NCBI GenBank assembly: GCA_043822065.1
Contig: JBDRCC010000002.1
Coordinates: 1 to 49,383, forward strand
From: an archaeon
Lineage (GTDB): Archaea; Undinarchaeota; CAZHTU01; JBDRCC01
Length of the DNA: 49,383 nt
Direction: 5' to 3'
The translations under genes and the position numbers were made by a program. Shown here piece after piece: positions 43,901 through 49,383 of the stretch; position 1 is the stretch's first letter; each line of letters starts with the position of its first letter. The notes under the pieces were generated by a model, which saw nothing but the letters and a program-made list of their open reading frames with translations, was not told the origin of the DNA and did no database searches.

Positions 43901-46900
43901 CGTAGACGAGGAGGGTCGTTCTGCCGTCAGGCACTGTGAGGTATTCCTGGTATTGGTACTTGTCATAAACGGCAAACAGCAGGTCGTGCGAGCTGTCGCC
44001 GTATATCTGGCCGCCGGAATAGGTGTCCGAAGACGCCTCCCAAGAGAAGTAGTTGCCAGAATAACCTGGCGTCAGGTACAGCCAGTAGCGGGTGTTGTTC
44101 CCAAGGCTTGCCGTCTGGTTAGGCACGAGCGACAGCCAAGAGAAGCTAGCGGACAGCAGGCTCTGGTTTATTGGAATGCTTGCAAGGACGGTCCCGGACG
44201 GCGCCCCGCTTGAGTCGGTCCGTATCTGCAGGCTTGCGTTCGTGAGCGACCCTCCAGAGAGCTTTAAGCGCACCGTGATGTTGGACACGTTCATTGCGTG
44301 GTCCGTGGTGAAGGACTGCGCCAAGGCAGAGCCCGCATTGTCCAGCTCGGTTGTTCCGGCAGGGGTGTTGTAGACTTTATAGAGGGTGCCTGCAAGCGAG
44401 CTGTTTCCCGTGTAGTTCAGGTCGTAGTAGAGCCATGCCAGGCCGAAGTCCTCGTACATGGTATAATTAAGGGAAATGTTTTGGCTTGTGTAGTACGTGC
44501 CGTTTTGCAGTGAAGTGATTGTAATGTTTGGCACCTGCGAATCAACGCTGAATGAGACCAGCGATGAGCCGCCCATGTTGCCGACAGTGTCGTTTGCGTA
44601 GAGGACTATTGTCCTGGAGCCGTCAGGCACGGTGATTGAGGTGTTCTGGCAGCCGGAAATTGTGATGTTTGCCGCGCCGTTCAGGCTGTACCCGCACCAG
44701 ACTGCGGCTTCTGAAACCGTAAAGTTGAGCGGGATTGCCTGGGAGGAATAAAGCCTTGCCTGCGGCGAGTGGACAGATATCTGCGGCGCAGTAAGGTCAA
44801 CTCTGAAGGTCGTGTTCGCGCTGGCACCCATGTGCCCTCCTGTGTCGTTCACATAAACCACCACCCAATTGGTGCCTTCTGCGACTCCAACGCCCGGGCC
44901 CAATGTTGAGTTCTGGCAGCCGCTTAGGGTGTGGTTGGTAAAATTATTGAGGTTGTACCAGCATTTGTCGAGGTTTGCGTCCACTGCGGTGAAGTTGAGC
45001 CCAACGGAGAGGGACGAATAATTGCCCCCTGCGGCTGGTGACTGCACCGTGACGTTTGGATTCGTAAGGTCCACCTTAAATGTCCTGGTGAGGGACTCAG
45101 AGGATATATCCAGGGTGTTGTTGCAGTAGAACTTGATAGTGTGCGAATTTGGGGTTTCCGCAAGAGCGGAGAGGGTTGAGTAGTAGTTAGTAAAAGTGGC
45201 GCGGGTCATGTTTATGTGGGTGCCATTGCTGTCGTAGATGTAGGTGCAGCTCGAGGTGTTCTGGTCTGTTGAAACGTTTGCGGTTATGGTGTCAGTGATA
45301 TAGGTAATGCTCTCTGGCGTCAGGACCGTAATCGTAGACCCCTTGGTGTTGACGACGAAGTTCTGGACCTCAGAAGAATTCATATTCCCAAGTGTGTCAT
45401 TGCAATGGAATGTGACGTTGTGGTTCTCGTTTTCAAGGCCGGAGATGTTATAGTGCCAGTAGAGCCCGGCGCTGCTCATGGAGATGTTTGTCCCATTCGT
45501 ATCCATTTCATACCCGCACCAGTCTGCTTCCGTGTCCACTGAGATGTTAGCCCAGACAGACCTCACGGGGTAGGTCTGGTCCACAGGGGAGAGTATTGTA
45601 ATGGCAGGCGGGGTGGTGTCAACTGTAAAGTTTATCGCGCCGCTGGTTGCGTTCCCCTGGGTGTCCTGGCATACCACGAGCGCCTGGTAGGTGTTGTCAG
45701 CCAGCCCGGACAGCACGACAGCCTGGTTTGAGTTGTTGGTTACTGTGCCGTTGAACGTGACTGTGCCGCTGACGTTGTACCAGCAGAGGAGCTGGGGCGC
45801 CAAATTGTCATAGACGGTGTAGTTCAGGTAGACGGTTGACGAGGATATGTTTGAGTGGTTTGCCGGGGCAGTTATGTTCACGACCGGGCGGGTGTTGTCT
45901 ATGGTCATGTTCCGGACGGATGAGTTGGACAGTCCAAAGAGGTCTGACGCAGAAATGTTGAGGGCGACAAGCCCGTCCTGCAGAGAGGTCGTGTCCCAAT
46001 TGAAGGTGCATCCGTATCCGCTGGCTATTGCCGAACAGTGCGCCGCCCAGTCAAAGCCGCTGAGCAGGGAAGTCATGTTCGTCAGGTTAAGGGTCGACTG
46101 CACAACACCGCTGCCGGCATCCGTGAAGTTGAAGTACAGCTGGGTGGTGCCGCTGACGTTCTTGTACTGGAGCCCGCTTACCCAGGAGGGGGCGGGAGGT
46201 ATGGTGTCAACCGTGAAGGAAACATTCGAGGAGTTCGCCCTGCTGCCAAGGGTGTCGTTCGCGAAGACCATGGCCCAGTTTGAGCCTTCGCTGGCAGTCA
46301 TTGTTATGTTCTGGCAGGCGGAGAGATTCCGTTCGGTAGCGTTGTTGAGCTGGTACCAGCAGTGCGACAGACCGACGCCGCTGTCGACAACGGTGTAGTT
46401 CAGACTCACGGACGTGCTTGTGAAATTTTGGTTGGCGCCAGGGCGCTGTATGCTTACTGCCGGCGGAGTAGTGTCTATGGTGAACGAGACGTTTACAGAA
46501 GTGTTGACGAAGCCGACTGTGTCATTTGCGTAGAGGGTGAGCCAGTTTCTGCCTTCAATTGTGCCGTTTGAGGGAGTAAGCGTGAAGTTCCCGCAGCCGG
46601 CGAGGGTGTAGTTAGTAAAGCTGTTCAGGTTGTACCAGCAGCTGCCGAGATTTGTGTCGGTTACTGTATAATTGACGGATATCGTGTTTGACGAGTGGTT
46701 GGAATTGTGGGCTGGCGACTCTATAGTGAGGACTGGAGTGAGGGTGTCGACAGTGAATGAGATGTTCTGCGAGCGGTTGAGGTTTCCTGCAGTGTCGTTC
46801 GCGAAGACCATGGCCCAGTTTGAGCCTTCGTCTGCGGTCATTGTTATGTTCTGGCAGGCGGAGAGGTTCCGCTCGGTAGCGTTGTTCAGCTGGTACCAGC

Positions 46901-49383
46901 AGCGGTCAAGCCTGGCGTCATACACGGTGTAGTTTAGGCTGACACCGGACGACGCATAGAACGCCGCGTTGGTGGGGTTCTGGACAGTGAGGGCTGGAAC
47001 GCCGGTGTCGACCGTGAAGGAGATGTTTGCGGAGCTGTTCAGGTTGCCAGCCGGGTCCAGTATGTGCAGTACAAGCCAGTTGGCGCCCTCGGCAATCCCC
47101 TCACCTGTCCCAAGAGTAATGTTGGCGCATCCTGGAACCGTGGTGTTCGTAAACCCGTTGAGCTGGTAGAAGCAGCCAGCCAGCCCGGTGCCGCTGTCGT
47201 ATGCGGTGTAGTTCAGGTATATTGAGGCGCTGGAGTAGTTCTTCCCGTAAGCCGGCCCGTATACCGTGAGCTCGGGCTTTATTGTGTCTATCGTGTAGCT
47301 GATGTTTGCCGACTGGTTGACCCAGCCTGCGCTGTCGTTTGCGTATACTATTACCCAGTTGGCGCCCTCCTGGGTGCCGTTTAGCGACGTTAGCGTCACG
47401 TTGCCGCACCCAGGCATGCCATAGCTAATCTGGCTGTTTGCGTTGTACCAGCAGGTGTCGAGGTTCGCGTCGGATACTGTGTAATTAAGGCTGATGCTGA
47501 GCGAGGAATAATTCACATTCAGGGCAGGGCTCTGTATTGTGAGCTCCGGCCGGAGGGTGTCCACAAGGAAGTAGGCAGTAAGGGATGAGTTTGAGTTGCC
47601 CGCAATGTCAGTCGCATACGCAGTCATGTTGTTCCAGCCGTCGGAGGGGGAGATTGTTGCGGTGAAATTGTACCTGTCGTATACCCTGAACAGCAGGTCT
47701 CGCGAGCTGTCGCCGGAATACTGGCCGCCGGAGTAGAGGTCGCTGCTGTCGTCCCACCTGTAGAAGCCGGATGCCGTGCCGTTTTCCATTGTCAGCCAGT
47801 ATGCCGTGCCTGCGGTGAGATGGACTGTTGAGTTCAGCGTCAGGTTAACCCATGGGTATCCTGCCCCAGGCACCGCGCCCGAGTCTATCATAGCATATGC
47901 AAGGACTGTGCCAGAAACCTGCCCGGCGGAGTCCGCCCGTATCTGCAGCTGGGTGTCTGCCGGGGCCCCGCTCTTGACTATCGGGATGGCGATGCGGTAG
48001 ACGTATAGGTCTTCAGCAGGCGTGAAGGACTGGTTGAGCTGCTTGTCCAAGCAGTTGATGTCGCTGGTCTGCGAGGTCTCATGCACTGCCTTCAGCCGGT
48101 TTGAGTCTCCAAGGGCAACGGCGGGGCCGCCGTTCAGGTCGTAGCTGACCGAGCCAAGCAGGGACGCGTCAACCACTGTAAGGTTCAGGCTTAAGGGCGC
48201 AGAAGTGATGATGGAGGCGTTCTGCGGGTGGCTTATGCTGAGTGCCGGCGCGGTTGTGTCTATTGTGAAGGTCGTGTTTACGCTCTGCCCTTCGTTGCCG
48301 ACGGTGTCGTTTGCATAGACGACAAGCCAGTTCAGGCCCTCCTGCGTGCCGTTGCCCTGCGCAACCGTAAAGTTGCTGCAGCCGCCTATCAGGTAGCCGG
48401 TCTCGTTGTTGAGCCTGAACCAGCAGTTCTCCACTTCAGTCAGGGCGTCGGATGCTGTAAAGTTGACGCCTATTGTGGGGCTGGGGATTGTGCTGTTCCC
48501 TACTGGCTGCTGTATGGTAACCACTGGGGTGGTGGTGTCTACTGTAAACAGCGATGTATTTGAGTGCCCCGTCTGCCCAAGCTGGTCGGCACAGGAGGCA
48601 TTCCAGTAGTAATGCGAGTCGGACAGCCCAGTGAGGTTGAAACCAGTTACGGCGCCGCCCGCAACGGTATCATTCGTCTGGTTGAGCACGCCGTTCAGGT
48701 ATATGGAGCAGTTCAGGATGGAGTCCACGGCGTCGACCGCAGTTACGTTCAGGACGAGTGAGGTCTCAGTAGTGTTGAGGCTATACGGCGAATGCTCGAG
48801 GGATACGTTCGGCGGGAGCGAGTTGACTGTAAAGCGCCAAGTGCCTGAAACGCCGATGTTTGAGGATGAGTCGTTGCAGGTCACGTTCCAGTAGTGCGCC
48901 CCTTCCGGGATCCCGGACGCCAGGTAAGCCGTGTTCGTGTTGTTCAGGACTGTGCTGTTGGAGTAGTACAGCAGGCTGTCGATGTACAGGGAGCAGTTGA
49001 GCTGGGTGTCGTAGTTGTCGGTGTAGTTGAAGGTCAGGTTTAGGCTTGAAAGGGTCGAGTTGTAGTAGTCGGCTGGCGCTGCGAGCGAGACGACGGGCGC
49101 AGTGGTGTCGTTTATCTGGAACCAGCCAGTGGCGGTGCTGTTCTCATGGCCGAGGGTGTCGTTCGCGAAGATTGTTATGTTGTACCTGCCGACCGCTGAT
49201 GTGGAGGTGAACGAGCTGTTGTAGGTTGCTGCAGTCCCATTTCTCACAAGTGCCAGGAACTCCGAGCCGGCAGGCCATGTGATGTTTGCCCGGACGGAGG
49301 ACACTGCGAGCCCGTCGGTCACGTTTGCATAGACCATGACTGGCGAGCCGAGGGCGTAGTGGACGCCCTGCGGGAGGGCGCCG
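40908..49383 (-). CDS. Giant Ig-like repeat surface glycoprotein (>2800 aa; 5' end beyond the window)
   Basis: Frame stays open to the window edge (GALPQGVHYALGSPVMVYAN...). Tandem ~90-aa DT..P...CWY.LN...C.N...ANDT.G repeats, abundant N-x-S/T sequons, C-terminal helical bundle, TM and cytoplasmic tail. Confidence 0.92.
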   Translation of the reverse strand, partial: GALPQGVHYALGSPVMVYANVTDGLAVSSVRANITWPAGSEFLALVRNGTAATYNSSFTSTSAVGRYNITIFANDTLGHENSTATGWFQINDTTAPVVSLAAPADYYNSTLSSLNLTFNYTDNYDTQLNCSLYIDSLLYYSNSTVLNNTNTAYLASGIPEGAHYWNVTCNDSSSNIGVSGTWRFTVNSLPPNVSLEHSPYSLNTTETSLVLNVTAVDAVDSILNCSIYLNGVLNQTNDTVAGGAVTGFNLTGLSDSHYYWNASCADQLGQTGHSNTSLFTVDTTTPVVTIQQPVGNSTIPSPTIGVNFTASDALTEVENCWFRLNNETGYLIGGCSNFTVAQGNGTQEGLNWLVVYANDTVGNEGQSVNTTFTIDTTAPALSISHPQNASIITSAPLSLNLTVVDASLLGSVSYDLNGGPAVALGDSNRLKAVHETSQTSDINCLDKQLNQSFTPAEDLYVYRIAIPIVKSGAPADTQLQIRADSAGQVSGTVLAYAMIDSGAVPGAGYPWVNLTLNSTVHLTAGTAYWLTMENGTASGFYRWDDSSDLYSGGQYSGDSSRDLLFRVYDRYNFTATISPSDGWNNMTAYATDIAGNSNSSLTAYFLVDTLRPELTIQSPALNVNYSSLSISLNYTVSDANLDTCWYNANSQISYGMPGCGNVTLTSLNGTQEGANWVIVYANDSAGWVNQSANISYTIDTIKPELTVYGPAYGKNYSSASIYLNYTAYDSGTGLAGCFYQLNGFTNTTVPGCANITLGTGEGIAEGANWLVLHILDPAGNLNSSANISFTVDTGVPALTVQNPTNAAFYASSGVSLNYTVYDARLDRCWYQLNNATERNLSACQNITMTADEGSNWAMVFANDTAGNLNRSQNISFTVDTLTPVLTIESPAHNSNHSSNTISVNYTVTDTNLGSCWYNLNSFTNYTLAGCGNFTLTPSNGTIEGRNWLTLYANDTVGFVNTSVNVSFTIDTTPPAVSIQRPGANQNFTSTSVSLNYTVVDSGVGLSHCWYQLNNATERNLSACQNITMTASEGSNWAMVFANDTLGSRANSSNVSFTVDTIPPAPSWVSGLQYKNVSGTTQLYFNFTDAGSGVVQSTLNLTNMTSLLSGFDWAAHCSAIASGYGCTFNWDTTSLQDGLVALNISASDLFGLSNSSVRNMTIDNTRPVVNITAPANHSNISSSTVYLNYTVYDNLAPQLLCWYNVSGTVTFNGTVTNNSNQAVVLSGLADNTYQALVVCQDTQGNATSGAINFTVDTTPPAITILSPVDQTYPVRSVWANISVDTEADWCGYEMDTNGTNISMSSAGLYWHYNISGLENENHNVTFHCNDTLGNMNSSEVQNFVVNTKGSTITVLTPESITYITDTITANVSTDQNTSSCTYIYDSNGTHINMTRATFTNYYSTLSALAETPNSHTIKFYCNNTLDISSESLTRTFKVDLTNPNVTVQSPAAGGNYSSLSVGLNFTAVDANLDKCWYNLNNFTNHTLSGCQNSTLGPGVGVAEGTNWVVVYVNDTGGHMGASANTTFRVDLTAPQISVHSPQARLYSSQAIPLNFTVSEAAVWCGYSLNGAANITISGCQNTSITVPDGSRTIVLYANDTVGNMGGSSLVSFSVDSQVPNITITSLQNGTYYTSQNISLNYTMYEDFGLAWLYYDLNYTGNSSLAGTLYKVYNTPAGTTELDNAGSALAQSFTTDHAMNVSNITVRLKLSGGSLTNASLQIRTDSSGAPSGTVLASIPINQSLLSASFSWLSLVPNQTASLGNNTRYWLYLTPGYSGNYFSWEASSDTYSGGQIYGDSSHDLLFAVYDKYQYQEYLTVPDGRTTLLVYANDSAGFVGSSSVTFFVDTEPPRHSLVSSTDPLEAGSLQTIWATVVDGVSSVDTVLVYVNGTNSSMVTAGAGRYNYTFYPSVLGGYNFTFFKNDTLGNGNTTPIYNFTVRDTSQPVVQNLTYSPNTTAGLDPNVTVGVLVDMYDYGGLNYTLLRYRELNTTSWSEASFARVSGNRYYANFTPSYAGNWSFYLFANDTSGNQNFTANATLDVAYEHTWERSPANMYTAGAVYSQAINFGNLTINNTGDFAATFTIAYSEFPAFASITIPASVSLAAGEGEDLMLNLTAPTVTSTHTILINITSSDAEATPQILETNATVEVFAGGPFLDIILPVFDSSVTQGDTNVNYTARIRNIGNETSASTYSNLALPSGMSLVSGYSLNRTYGSLLPNQYYDHSILVDVSSSASLGTRNFTAYANNSVGRGALLVSSVEFRPSTGGGETIIDTGGGVSPGAGGGGVVAVSAGPFSSDLPDQIDATRGVKKTMRVLVRNTGASDYSSVSVSFEGSVAQYVRTITAPRSLKSGASAYFTIEISVPYYFDEGSYPLKMKVSSEKSSQTFRTQLVVFKVGKDVAEEEIKSANEDILVMQSAGFGTMLAEDLYQQALDALAEGDYGKAAELAGEIQQRREKAIEVNSMINEAKARLTESEAGGADVSLAKKVLDQAIAAFQNEDYATAEKLAMETLLMQFRVSAMVAAPSRTIIDTVLANCRMFSLVFLLTLMLVVGGYKHTSIAIITRRVKSLEREEKELEKLIDKTDKEYYVEKSLGSREYVELRTKYEEQTSAVKQEEAAMRSKLQKKVAEGRKEIDRIRKEIASLKEKKEAERKIKKDIEANRREIAKKEAEAEKLRKEIEAAERAMKALTEKKKKPQKPEMEYIPLKKRLLPAKAPAPAPAPPKREIELELARRHAAAQQAPAPKPPAPALYKEPKVRRMELHHLHRSLPPERIPVQRPAPAKIIKKDTHIHLPKVHLGELSDAIARHRHSHDRLKRTAKGEDEK
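46252..46902. repeat. Near-identical 111-bp intragenic repeat, copies 540 bp apart
   Basis: 46252-46362 vs 46792-46902, 7 mismatches by manual count; encodes CWYQLNNATERNLSACQNITMTA(S/D)EGSNWAMVFANDT. Confidence 0.92.

Noticed and set aside
46252-46902. DGR TR/VR pair in the giant gene
   Set aside because: Both copies are in-frame parts of one ORF, differences are mostly synonymous and not A-specific, and there is no RT.
320-48894. Many antisense or alternate-frame ORFs (e.g. 15349-16236 +, 19154-20155 -, 24956-25723 -, 29425-30279 -, 40950-41714 +)
   Set aside because: They overlap well-supported genes and have S/F/L-rich shadow composition with no motifs.
1-49383. tRNA, rRNA, CRISPR arrays, transposases
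   Set aside because: None seen on reading the intergenic gaps and ORFs; a tRNAscan/Infernal run would be needed to exclude them formally.

Overview
Archaeal chromosomal window. The gene content (eS1/uS15, Taw3, DRG GTPase, Bud32, DUF1512, TATA-box promoters close to start codons) is archaeal, and several proteins look DPANN-like; that assignment is inference. Recognisable genes: long-form purL and purQ, DUF1512, trmJ, a GNAT, taw3, a DRG GTPase, mscS, two PIN-domain toxin/antitoxin-like pairs, a pentameric ligand-gated ion channel, a flavin reductase, a TctA-family permease, a HemK/Mtq2 methyltransferase, rps3ae, rps15, rdgB, bud32, an RNase HIII-like enzyme, a Trp-rich solenoid protein next to an MCM-like AAA+ ATPase lacking the N-tier, pcm, a GT-C glycosyltransferase, an SF1 helicase, and a >2800-aa Ig-repeat surface glycoprotein cut by the window edge. 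Main unexplained signals: (1) a ~190-nt minus-strand structured RNA at 27662-27849 with its own TATA box, a closing stem, five UUCG-capped hairpins and a U-tract, matching no RNA class I recognise; (2) a ~9.6-kb block of six orphan helical proteins (10988-20597), including a 1156-aa protein with a degenerate internal repeat and an HExxH motif; (3) the adjacent 234-bp intergenic region with inverted ORB-like boxes, an AT-rich core, hairpins and tandem repeats. All family calls are by-eye motif recognition; no searches were run.
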